From positions 1 to 40,420 of the forward strand of contig JAHQWK010000010.1 in the NCBI GenBank assembly GCA_029856145.1: 40,420 bases of DNA, written 5' to 3'. A model generated the notes under the pieces. The model saw nothing but the letters and a program-made list of their open reading frames with translations. It made no database searches and had not been told where the DNA came from. A program made the position numbers and the translations under genes. Positions 19,789 through 29,409 of this stretch are shown here, piece after piece; within the stretch, counting starts at the first letter, position 1; each line of letters begins with the position of its first letter. The stretch is from Promethearchaeia archaeon (lineage in GTDB: Archaea; Asgardarchaeota; Lokiarchaeia; Sigyniarchaeales; SOKP01).

Positions 19789-20910
19789 TTAATATCCAAA
19801 TCTTGAGGCTGTTCCTTCAGTAATCTTACAAATATCTGAAAGTTCTTGTTTGGAAAAATCTGGAGTATAATAAGTAGGTTTATGTAAATTTTCGATATAA
19901 TATTTTTTAGCATTCTCAAATTTTTCTGCAGGTAACTCCGTGTGTTCGAATATTTTGTCTATAATAATTGCTGGCGTTTCGCATAACTCATCATATTTAA
20001 CAATTAGGGTTGCCTTTTTGAGCTTTTTTATCGTTTCAAGTTGCTTAGCAATAAAATCATAGATCGAAGTCCAATAATATGCCCAACCTTTTACATAAGT
20101 ATTCTTACTTCTCCATAATTTGTGAATTTCATTAATGAGTTCTGTATTACCCAGATTTATACACATTTGATTACGACCAAACTCATTATGGCCAACAATT
20201 TTCAACCAATCTGGTAATAAAGGAATTTTTTGTTCTAGTTTTATAAATAATTTTGTTTGTTTAATTAATGAAGCAATATGTTCAATGGGATTACGAATAA
20301 TCAATAAAAATTTAGAATCTGGAAAAATCTTAAGCATATAATCCAATCTTGATACAAGATAATTATTTTTGGCTAAATATCTTGAACATTTCTGATTTAT
20401 TATAAGTTTTTTTATATGGTTAAGATAAAATTTCTCAAATTTAGCATTAGAATCATTTCTGCTAATTATATTTGAAACTTTTTCATTATGAAGATTATTA
20501 AAAAATTTTTGCCAAAATATCTCTTCAACCGCTTCAGGACTCTCACTTGTAACGATTATACCGTCCCTATGGAGTCGCTCAAAAGGTTTTGTATAAAAAT
20601 TGAATCTGTCTGCCATCTGACTAAACCAATCAGGGAGATATGGCATAAGAATATTTTTATATTTATGTGAAGCTAAATCTGGATGTTTATTTAACATTTC
20701 TAAGATGATAGTCGTTCCAGCACGAGCAAGACCGGTAATGTAGATTGGCCTGTCAATGTCTAACTTCTTTATATCATTAAACAAAAACATTGTCTCTATT
20801 CTATCAAACAATAAGGAGATAGATTTAAACGAGTTGAAGAATTTAGTGATCCCATATCCAGCATATCCCATTAGTGGAAACTTAATTGAATCATTATTTT
20901 TTGATTTCAT
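19789..20910 (-). CDS. PAPS-dependent sulfotransferase
   Basis: 5'-PSB loop 'ITGLARAGTT', 3'-PB motif 'IIRNPIEHIAS', 'VKYDEL'. Confidence 0.88.
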   Translation of the reverse strand: MKSKNNDSIKFPLMGYAGYGITKFFNSFKSISLLFDRIETMFLFNDIKKLDIDRPIYITGLARAGTTIILEMLNKHPDLASHKYKNILMPYLPDWFSQMADRFNFYTKPFERLHRDGIIVTSESPEAVEEIFWQKFFNNLHNEKVSNIISRNDSNAKFEKFYLNHIKKLIINQKCSRYLAKNNYLVSRLDYMLKIFPDSKFLLIIRNPIEHIASLIKQTKLFIKLEQKIPLLPDWLKIVGHNEFGRNQMCINLGNTELINEIHKLWRSKNTYVKGWAYYWTSIYDFIAKQLETIKKLKKATLIVKYDELCETPAIIIDKIFEHTELPAEKFENAKKYYIENLHKPTYYTPDFSKQELSDICKITEGTASRFGY

Positions 20911-20958
20911 TTTCTTTTATCAAAATTAGAACTAGGTTTTCATTCTATAGTGAATACC

Positions 20959-21453
20959 TCAATATATCAATACGATTGCTACTACCATAAGTATTGAATT
21001 AATAACAAGACCTATCATTCCTAACGCAATTCCCGCTTTTAAAATTGAACTTTCAGGTTCCAATGCTTTTGCTTTTCCGCTATTTACTATGGATATAATT
21101 CCAAATATTATTCCCACAACATGGACTATTGTGAGACCTAAAAACACTCTTTGTGCTGTAATATAATATAAAATCATCGCAAAACTTGATCCGATATTAA
21201 ATGTGATTACTCCGATAATAAGAGATACGATTCCAAATCCTAAACATCTTTTTGAATAAGATCCTGGTTCACTTCCTTTTTTAAAACGGGTAGGATATTG
21301 CGGTAACGGAATTGAACTAGTTGTTGTTTTATGTTGATCCATCCAAGTGGTATTATGAGATTTCTCAGGAACTTCTAGAATTTCGCTTCCGCAGTTCTGA
21401 CAAAACCTTTGATTTTCCATTTCTAATTTTTCCCCACAATTTTGACAAAACAT
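20959..21453 (-). CDS. zinc-ribbon membrane protein (DUF4190-like C-terminus)
   Basis: 'FCQNCG...FCQNCG' followed by 3 TM segments. Confidence 0.8.
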   Translation of the reverse strand: MFCQNCGEKLEMENQRFCQNCGSEILEVPEKSHNTTWMDQHKTTTSSIPLPQYPTRFKKGSEPGSYSKRCLGFGIVSLIIGVITFNIGSSFAMILYYITAQRVFLGLTIVHVVGIIFGIISIVNSGKAKALEPESSILKAGIALGMIGLVINSILMVVAIVLIY

Positions 21454-21600
21454 AATTTAACCTCCAAAATTCGATAATATCATAAAAAAAGTTTATATTT
21501 AATATTATTATAATATTGAAAATAAATACTTTCCATACTTCAAGAATCTTTCATTATTTTATTAACTCTTATTTGAGGATTGAGGTTTAAAAAAAGAACA

Positions 21601-22902
21601 TCAATAAACCCAATTAATTATAGAAGAGCAGCTTTTTCCTTGGGTATTCTTTAAACGTCCTAAAACTCTGAATGTAGCACCTTTATAGCCACATTCTGGG
21701 CATTTATTTTTTGATATAAGTTCAACAATATCGTCGACTAGAACTGCTTGATTTATGCTACCATTCACTCCGTAAGGTGTAATTACCTCAAGTAATCCTT
21801 CCATACCCTCACTAACAGGTTCTAATTTGTCTAGATCTCTTACGATAATTCGGGAAGTATTAGGGCAATGTAATAAGAAATCTTGGTATTTTTCAGACCA
21901 ATGACCGCCAAAAAGAGTTGGTCCCTCTGTAAATGCATAAATATCAGCAATATCTTTTGGTTTAATGTTAAACACTTTTTCATAATATTCAATGAATCTA
22001 CTTTTATTTACCTCTCCCATCTTTGCTTCGCCTTTAACTCCATCCCATCCACCACCACCACAACCAACAAAAGAGATCCCTTCAAGGTCATAAGATATAT
22101 TTTCTTTTATCAATCTCTTCTCAAACATGTTATTCATTAAGAGTGGACTTCCACCAAATAAAATTTTACATACTTCAATATCTCTCCAATATCCTGTTTC
22201 TTTAATTTTTTTAACCATTTTCAACATTTTAGTAACATCTAAAATAAAGCCCCCTTTTAGTGAAAAAGTTGATATAATTGCCCATATTGTTTTTAAAATT
22301 TTCATTTTTACCATATATTCCTCATGTCCATAATATTCCCAAGATTTATTCATGCATGCTGTAAAGTACCGAGTTTTATCGGCATATTCAAATCCTTTAG
22401 CATTTCTTTTTGCCATCACTGACATGAATAAACGATCTGGTGAAAAATTAAAAACAACACATCTTTTCAAACCAATTTTTAATTTTTCCCATCCAAAAAA
22501 TTCTGTAAAAACCTTAATTGAATTATATTGTAACTGGTCAAAATCTTCTAATGATCGAGGAACTATCGAAGGATCTCCTGTCGTCGAAGATGAACACGAA
22601 AAGAGGGCTATACTATCAAGAGGTACCTTTAGGAGTTTTAAGGAACGATTTCCTGATTTTTTATATATATCTGTAGGAATATATGGGATTGTATCTAAAT
22701 TATCAATAGATAAATCATCAGGAATAGTAAAATCGAACTTATTACAAAGTTTATTTTTAAAATATTTACAGTTATTATAGGATAAGTTTATTTGTTCTAA
22801 TAAATCTTCACAAAACTTATTATCCGGGTAATCACGTAGTTCAAAGTCAAAATACTTTGTTCTAAGTTCTTCTGGTAAGTGATCATGGAATTTTAGGAAC
22901 AA
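21601..22902 (-). CDS. LuxE/PaaK-family acyl-protein synthetase
   Basis: AMP-binding loop 'SSSTTGDPS', 'GGGGW', 'DIYAFTE', 'FRVLGR', C-terminal 'KSCS' Cys. Confidence 0.82.
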   Translation of the reverse strand: MFLKFHDHLPEELRTKYFDFELRDYPDNKFCEDLLEQINLSYNNCKYFKNKLCNKFDFTIPDDLSIDNLDTIPYIPTDIYKKSGNRSLKLLKVPLDSIALFSCSSSTTGDPSIVPRSLEDFDQLQYNSIKVFTEFFGWEKLKIGLKRCVVFNFSPDRLFMSVMAKRNAKGFEYADKTRYFTACMNKSWEYYGHEEYMVKMKILKTIWAIISTFSLKGGFILDVTKMLKMVKKIKETGYWRDIEVCKILFGGSPLLMNNMFEKRLIKENISYDLEGISFVGCGGGGWDGVKGEAKMGEVNKSRFIEYYEKVFNIKPKDIADIYAFTEGPTLFGGHWSEKYQDFLLHCPNTSRIIVRDLDKLEPVSEGMEGLLEVITPYGVNGSINQAVLVDDIVELISKNKCPECGYKGATFRVLGRLKNTQGKSCSSIINWVY

Positions 22903-22999
22903 AATAATTACCTTTCTAAGAATCTTTAATTATTAATTCAAAATGTAAATAACATTGATTGGTATATAAATATAGAATAGAAAAGTAATAAAAAATTAG

Positions 23000-24361
23000 T
23001 TATAAATTAGATAAAGCTATTATTTCTGCTTCTTCACGTTCTAATAACATTGGCGTCTTTTCCCAACTTATTTCTTTAGGAAGTTTAAATTGTCGTAAAA
23101 ACATGTAAAGATGAATAAAACCACTTATTGGCCAATATAATAAAAGACTGTAATGTTTATCGCAATATTTTCTTATAGCATTGAATAGGAAGCCAAATTG
23201 AAAAAATAAACAAGATAGGGTCCAAATTAGTAAATAGTATTCTCCAATGAGAAACTGAAATATTGCAAATCCAATTTCAATTGGAATCCACGTATCCATA
23301 TTTGCTAAAAGCATCATTGTCATATTTCTTGCGATTATTAATTTTTTGCCATCTTTATATTCGCTCTTCATTGCCATTAACTGAGGCATATCACCTATAA
23401 ATCCCGCAAGCCAGCGTGTACGCTGTTTTACTAAAATCTCCCAACTATTTGGAACATATTCATAAATTTTAGCTTTAGGAGAAAATCGAATTAGTACGCC
23501 ATCTAAATTCAAAAGTGCAGAGAGATAAAGATCTTCTGTCATTGAATCTTCATTAAAACCTCCATATTTACGAAGATATTTTGTCCTAACTGCGAAATTT
23601 CGCCCAAATGAATAGGCAGAAGATCCTAATCTATTTTTAACTTCAAAAAGCAATCCACCACCCGAAACCATACCATAATCTAAAAAAATTCCCTTAGTGA
23701 GTTTATTATCTTTCCAGTTCTTAACTAGAACAGGACCAATAACTGCATCAGTCTTCTCCTGATGAAAAGGAGATATCAAATTTTTAAGAGTTTCAGGTTT
23801 TAAAATGCACCCTGAATCATAAAGGACTATAATATCATTTTTTACGTGTTCTAAACCATAATTTAGCGCTGCAGGTTTTCCCTTTTTAGGCAAATCCTTT
23901 GATAAGACTTTTATATCAATTTCATTATGATCTCTCGCAAAATTATTTGAATATTCTGTGGTATCATCTGTAGAACCACTAGTTATTATAATTACTTGGA
24001 TCTTTTCTTTAGGATAATCTGATTTAACAATGGAATCCAAGGTTCTCTCTAATAATATTTTTTCATTTTTTGAAGCAATAAGTATACTAATTTCTTCATA
24101 ATATGGTGTTTTTGGTTTATAACCACTCCCAAATGATGCAGTGAAATGTATTCCGTAATAAAGAACAAATCCTAACAACATAATTAACCCAATTAGTGGA
24201 AATATACACCACCAATAAGTTAAAGGAGCAGTTAAAAATGTGTCAATTGTTTCTTTTACCCCAGAAGACCAAAAAGTTGGAAAATACATATATATTAGAA
24301 CAAAAAATACTAACCAAACGGAACCATATAATAAATATCTGTACAGTTTCATTTTTTTCAA
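23000..24361 (-). CDS. processive-type GT2 membrane glycosyltransferase
   Basis: 'GKPAALN', 'YDSG', 'TED', 'QRTRW' (QxxRW), N- and C-terminal TM segments. Confidence 0.88.
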   Translation of the reverse strand: MKKMKLYRYLLYGSVWLVFFVLIYMYFPTFWSSGVKETIDTFLTAPLTYWWCIFPLIGLIMLLGFVLYYGIHFTASFGSGYKPKTPYYEEISILIASKNEKILLERTLDSIVKSDYPKEKIQVIIITSGSTDDTTEYSNNFARDHNEIDIKVLSKDLPKKGKPAALNYGLEHVKNDIIVLYDSGCILKPETLKNLISPFHQEKTDAVIGPVLVKNWKDNKLTKGIFLDYGMVSGGGLLFEVKNRLGSSAYSFGRNFAVRTKYLRKYGGFNEDSMTEDLYLSALLNLDGVLIRFSPKAKIYEYVPNSWEILVKQRTRWLAGFIGDMPQLMAMKSEYKDGKKLIIARNMTMMLLANMDTWIPIEIGFAIFQFLIGEYYLLIWTLSCLFFQFGFLFNAIRKYCDKHYSLLLYWPISGFIHLYMFLRQFKLPKEISWEKTPMLLEREEAEIIALSNL

Positions 24362-24379
24362 TCATTTTTTTACGATTTA

Positions 24380-25315
24380 TTACTCCACATCAAAATTTTC
24401 AATCTTCTTTAGGTTTTTCCAGATGTACTTAGCAAAGAGAATTATTGAAAGTATCATAATAACCAATAAACTGATTTGATAAATGAGCATAGCCCATGTC
24501 GTTATCCAAGTGTGTGAAGCATTCCAGATTGTAGCAGAAGGATTAATTAAATTGGTTAATAATGTTGCGAGACTCGAAACTCCATACATTACAAAAAATG
24601 TAGCAATAACTATTATTCGTGTTATTCTCTCACCAATGAACGGTTTTGTTTCATGTAAACCCAAACCTTCATGTCTTGCTCTCATATACTCATAAATAAA
24701 AATAAGGTATATATTTGTCCACACTATCCATGTAAAATCAAGTCCATAGGCGGGATAAACCAATAAACTTGTAGGAACCAAACAAACAAGCATTAAAATA
24801 TCACTTACTCTATCTATCACATTATCTAACCAAGCACCGGTTTTTGATTTAATATCTAATAACCTCGCTATTGCTCCGTCAATTCCATCAACTATTCCAG
24901 TAAATAGTACAAGTATTGCCAGAGCAAAAAACCAAGATCCATATAATGGTTGTTGAGTAATTAAATCAAGTGTATGACCTGCACTAGCCATTATCACACC
25001 CCAGAATATAAGAAATGACAAAATTAAATTCATAAATGATACTTTATTTGGACTTAAACCACATTTTATAAAGAATTTTGCCCCTCCATATGTTAACGGC
25101 ATATAAAGTAATCCCGCTGGATCCTTTTTCATTTGCACAAATTGTTCGTCTAATTTATGAGCTTGTCCGTGATCTTTAAGCCAATCTTTTATGAATTCAT
25201 CACGAGTCATAAATTCTTGTTTTGGACTCCTCTTAGAGATCCCGCTAATGAAAATAATTATTAGAATTAAAAGTAATACTAAGGGAAATACTAGTGAAAA
25301 TAATATTTCTGTCAT
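24380..25315 (-). CDS. CDP-alcohol phosphatidyltransferase
   Basis: 'DGIDGAIAR...GAWLDNVIDRVSD' signature. Confidence 0.92.
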   Translation of the reverse strand: MTEILFSLVFPLVLLLILIIIFISGISKRSPKQEFMTRDEFIKDWLKDHGQAHKLDEQFVQMKKDPAGLLYMPLTYGGAKFFIKCGLSPNKVSFMNLILSFLIFWGVIMASAGHTLDLITQQPLYGSWFFALAILVLFTGIVDGIDGAIARLLDIKSKTGAWLDNVIDRVSDILMLVCLVPTSLLVYPAYGLDFTWIVWTNIYLIFIYEYMRARHEGLGLHETKPFIGERITRIIVIATFFVMYGVSSLATLLTNLINPSATIWNASHTWITTWAMLIYQISLLVIMILSIILFAKYIWKNLKKIENFDVE

Positions 25316-25568
25316 ATTGCTTGCCTAAGTTATTACAAGTGTTTTTTTTATTAAATATTTTTGAAAATGTAATTGTAATTAGAATTTAAAATATTTTAAA
25401 TTTATTTAATTTTAATCCCTTAACATATTTGTTTAACGAACAAGTAATTTTATAGAATCTTTAACCTACGAGTATAGTCTTATTTTGAAAATTGGACTCC
25501 TAAAAATATATATAATCAGTTTTGGTTTTAATACTCAAAAATCAACGTAAATAGTAGTGAATTAATAA

Positions 25569-26351
25569 ATGTCAAGTTCTAACTTAGAAATGAAGTGGAT
25601 TAATTTCGTTAAAAGTCTTCGAAGTGTAGGAGTTCTATTAATTTTTGTAATGATTCCGTATTTAGCATTCGTGATAATTCCTATTCAATTTATTTTAACA
25701 TTGGTCGCTCTAAGAGATATTAATAACATAAATCGCGAACTGAATAACCCATTTCTTAATAATTTCCGTTCAAAATATTTAACGGCTAGTATTGTCAAAT
25801 TTATTGGCTCAATAATAGTTCATGTTGGAGGAGCAATGATAGCTTTTGTTCTAGCAATCGGTCCTATAATTGATCCTTTTGATTTAATACCTTTTCCTGG
25901 ATGGATACTCCCACCTACAATCACATTATTGGTTATTGGATTTGTAATTATGATTATTGGAAGTAGTGTTGAAGTAGGCGCTTGGGATAATTTAAAACTT
26001 TTTATTCAACAGAACAAAGATATGTTTCCAGAGAGAATCCTCAAGGATACTATAACTAGTGTAGAGAATTTAAGATCTGGAGCTTTATTGTGGGCACTTG
26101 GCTTTTTAATAATACCTATTTTAATAGGGTGGATATTCCAGCTAGTAGGCTATTTTGGTCTAAGTAACGTCGCTAAATGGGGAATGAAAATTGAACCAAT
26201 CACTCCTGTAACTCAAGACTTTCAACCAATCTCTACACCTACTCAAGACCCACAAACTATAGATGTCATTAAATTTTGTCCTATGTGTGGAGCTAGTGTA
26301 GCAGAAGGAGCTAGGTATTGTGGGGAATGTGGGGTACAATTAGTAGGTTAA
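25569..26351 (+). CDS. membrane protein with C-terminal zinc ribbon
   Basis: Several TM segments, P/T/Q-rich linker, 'FCPMCG...YCGECG'. Confidence 0.8.
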   Translation: MSSSNLEMKWINFVKSLRSVGVLLIFVMIPYLAFVIIPIQFILTLVALRDINNINRELNNPFLNNFRSKYLTASIVKFIGSIIVHVGGAMIAFVLAIGPIIDPFDLIPFPGWILPPTITLLVIGFVIMIIGSSVEVGAWDNLKLFIQQNKDMFPERILKDTITSVENLRSGALLWALGFLIIPILIGWIFQLVGYFGLSNVAKWGMKIEPITPVTQDFQPISTPTQDPQTIDVIKFCPMCGASVAEGARYCGECGVQLVG

Positions 26352-26395
26352 AAAAAGATTAGACAATATTTTTTTATAAATTGTTTTCTATTACT

Positions 26396-27529
26396 TTATA
26401 TTTCAACATATGCTTCTTTAATTGCTGAACAACCACCACATCTTACACAACCGGCTTTATTTTCTAAAGGGTTAACTCCATATTCTCTCATTAGTTTTGC
26501 ACTCTCCTTATAAATTTCTAATAATTCACTGTAATTGGTGATTGGCAAATCCTTTTTACCAGGAATAGACCTTACTGGCGTAATATAAGGGATAACACCA
26601 ATAGAAATAATATTTTCTACATTTTTTATAAAATCAACCTTAGATTCTCCAAATCCTGTTAATACATAACTACTAACTTGATTTTTTCCAAAAATCTCAA
26701 TCGCATGCTTCCAATTCTTTTCAAATACTTCGTAGGAAATGCTGAATTTACCAGGTGTAATCTCTTGCCTTAATGATTCACCAAGAACTTCAATATGAAT
26801 TCCAATAGAGTCAGCTCCAGCTTCTTTCAATCTATCAATATAACTTAAATCCTCTAAAGCTTCAATTTGAATATGTAAAGGAATATCAGCGTGATCTATT
26901 TTAATTCCTTTTAATAATTCGATATAACGATTTGCTCCTTTATCGATATTTTCATCTGTTCCACTTGTTAAAGTCATATGAGAACATCTCTCTTCTTTCT
27001 TTGCTGCTGTAATTACTTCAGACATTTGCAGTGCATTTTTTTCTTCAATAGTAGTGTCATATTGAAGACTCAATTCAATTCCACAAAACTTACAAGGTTC
27101 ACCACATGCCCAATAGACGCATTTTTGATAAATTGTACTAGCTAAGCAATCAACGCCGTGTACTAGAGCTATCTTTTTCATTTCAAATCCATCTGTCGTT
27201 TTTTCTAAATAAAACTTTGGATTCTCAACAAGCTTTAAATTCCCAAAAAATCGGTTGCTTTTATTATCATAAACTTCGAAAAAATCTCCTTTTTTTTCTC
27301 CCAAAAGTAAGCTTGCTTTTTCTTTACTATTCCATAAAGCGACATTTACTAATGTTGTATCATCCTCTAATATAAAATACCTACCACCAAGTGGTCCAGC
27401 ACCACCTTTTCTACCAAAATCAATTTCAATTCCTTGCTCTTTATATTTAGTAATCAATTCTTTATTTAAGTACAACCCTTTACACAGTAATTCAGTCTTC
27501 TGGATTAAAGCAGTTTCTGCATCTATCAT
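26396..27529 (-). CDS. MSMEG_0568-family (biotin synthase-like) radical SAM protein
   Basis: 'GRKGGAGP', 'KIALVHG...LASTIYQKC', 'CKFCGI', C-terminal 'AGCVRCGGCS'. Confidence 0.85.
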   Translation of the reverse strand: MIDAETALIQKTELLCKGLYLNKELITKYKEQGIEIDFGRKGGAGPLGGRYFILEDDTTLVNVALWNSKEKASLLLGEKKGDFFEVYDNKSNRFFGNLKLVENPKFYLEKTTDGFEMKKIALVHGVDCLASTIYQKCVYWACGEPCKFCGIELSLQYDTTIEEKNALQMSEVITAAKKEERCSHMTLTSGTDENIDKGANRYIELLKGIKIDHADIPLHIQIEALEDLSYIDRLKEAGADSIGIHIEVLGESLRQEITPGKFSISYEVFEKNWKHAIEIFGKNQVSSYVLTGFGESKVDFIKNVENIISIGVIPYITPVRSIPGKKDLPITNYSELLEIYKESAKLMREYGVNPLENKAGCVRCGGCSAIKEAYVEI

Positions 27530-27729
27530 TATTTTCTAAAGAAGGTAAAGATTATTTTTAAATTTATTTTGAATTAGCATTTTTTATTTATTCGCTATGG
27601 AATTTAAATGTGGAGCTTATTTAATTTTGAGTGTTATTAAAAATAAAATCATTAATCAAAACTTTTATTAACAACTTTATCCAATCTCTTTTTACATTAA
27701 AAAAAAGATTAAGTTGGAAAGAAAAGCAT

Positions 27730-28143
27730 ATGCCTAAGTTGGAAAGAAAAGTAGATATTACTGCCTCTCAAGAAAAGATTTGGCAAATTATTGATGATGA
27801 TGATGATTATGCTAGGTGGAATATTGTTGTAAACGAGGTAACCAAACTTGGTGAAGGTAATTATTTTTTCAAAACAAATGTTGGAGATATCACATCTACT
27901 CGTATAGAAACAAATGCACCTGAAAGTCTTGCTGCTACTCAAGAAGGGAGCCCCATGACAAGCTTGGGTTATATTTTAAAACCTAAAGGGGATGTTGTAG
28001 AAGCTACAATCTGGACTGAATTTGATGATGCAAACCAAGAAACTGTTTTAGGAATTGCTGGAGAAATGCTCTTAAAAAGCTTAAAAAAGTACGCAGAACA
28101 CCTTGAATCTGGTGGTAATCCAGAGGAATTCAATAAAAAATAA
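27730..28143 (+). CDS. SRPBCC/START (polyketide cyclase-like) ligand-binding protein
   Basis: 'VDITASQEKIWQII...YARW' and C-terminal helix 'LKSLKKYAE'; ATG at 27730 preferred over the upstream GTG. Confidence 0.8.
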   Translation: MPKLERKVDITASQEKIWQIIDDDDDYARWNIVVNEVTKLGEGNYFFKTNVGDITSTRIETNAPESLAATQEGSPMTSLGYILKPKGDVVEATIWTEFDDANQETVLGIAGEMLLKSLKKYAEHLESGGNPEEFNKK

Positions 28144-28428
28144 AAAGATTTATTTATAAAATTTAATTTTTTTTTTCCATTACTCTCTATCTCTTAAAAT
28201 AGTGAAAATAATTTTTAACGACTCATTAAAATCCATGCGAGGAATATTAATTTCTAATTTAAATTTATTTTGATTATTATTTGAACAATTCAAAAGACTT
28301 CAGTCATAATAAAACTTATTAGAAATAACAAATTTTAAAAAAACATAATAAAATAAATTTAATTAAATTAAATTTATCAATGCTTAAAGAAGTTAAAGCA
28401 AATTAACCAAAACGGTGAATAGGAATAG

Positions 28429-29061
28429 ATGGCGTCGAAAAGACCTTGGAGATGTTACAGTAAATGGAGCAGAAGGCCTTATCAATATAAGAGATCCGCT
28501 AACCATAGGCGGGAATACGCAAGAGGTGGAGCCCAGTCAAAAATACAGAGATATTGGGGAGGTAATAAATCAATTCCATGGGAGGATTGGGAGCTTGTAG
28601 TTGGTTTAAAAGTTAATTCCCAAATTCAAATATCTTCAAATAGTCTTGAAGCGATTAGAATCACTATCAACGGTGTCCTTCAAAGAAAACTTGGAAGACA
28701 AAATTATCGACTTCGGATACGCCCAAAACCATTTCAAAAATATAGAGAGAACAGAATGTTGGCATTTGCTGGTGCAGATCGTGTACAATCTGGGATGAGA
28801 AATTCTTTTGGAAGATCCACTGGAGTTTGTGCCCGTGTTCGAGCAGGGCAAATAGTAGTTGATGTAGGGTGTAATCTTAGAGATCTTCCTTTAGTACGAG
28901 ATCGCACAAGAGTTGCTAGCATGAAAATCTCCAGCTCCTGTCAAACCGTAGTTCTAAGATACAAAACACAGGATCTCCTAAAGAAATCCGGTCTACCACT
29001 ATATAATGATAAAAAAAGAAGAGAAATACCTCTTTATGAATTAGAGTTTGCTACTACCTAA
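28429..29061 (+). CDS. rpl10e: 50S ribosomal protein uL16 (L10e)
   Basis: 'RPWRCY', 'SLEAIRI', 'RENRMLAFAGADRVQSGMRNSFG', 'ARV..GQ'. Confidence 0.95.
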   Translation: MASKRPWRCYSKWSRRPYQYKRSANHRREYARGGAQSKIQRYWGGNKSIPWEDWELVVGLKVNSQIQISSNSLEAIRITINGVLQRKLGRQNYRLRIRPKPFQKYRENRMLAFAGADRVQSGMRNSFGRSTGVCARVRAGQIVVDVGCNLRDLPLVRDRTRVASMKISSSCQTVVLRYKTQDLLKKSGLPLYNDKKRREIPLYELEFATT

Positions 29062-29409
29062 ATTAGATCTATTTTACAAATACTCTATTCTTTATGTTCA
29101 TTAAATATTGAGATTTAAAATTGATATGACAAAAGGCGAAAGTGGTATCATTACAATTATATTATAAACAAAACATAATCTTAACATAGAGAATGATTCT
29201 CTAAATTCCCTCTCATAAAACTTTTGAATAATTATGATTCCTACATGCCAAAGATGACATCCTAAAGCAACCAAAATTTTGCTAAACCATTGATGTCTTA
29301 GTTTATAGTTTATCTGAAATACTTAAATAAATCTAGTTAAATTATAAAATATTATAAAGTGTTAATATTCAAAAAATCAAACAACATAAAAGTCATTTGA
29401 AAACTAATC

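Noticed and set aside
26196-26260. Imperfect 30-nt tandem repeat (PITPVTQDFQ / PISTPTQDPQ)
   Set aside because: Low-complexity protein linker, not a CRISPR or mobile repeat.
28480-28520. Extra residues (QYKRSANH) and a small CCGC/GCGG hairpin in rpl10e as a second intron
   Set aside because: No 4-bp central helix with two 3-nt bulges can be built, and the frame is open.
29250-29300. GACATC/GATGTC stem downstream of rpl10e as a SECIS or ncRNA
   Set aside because: It lacks the paired GA quartet on the 3' side, and I saw no UGA-interrupted selenoprotein gene nearby.
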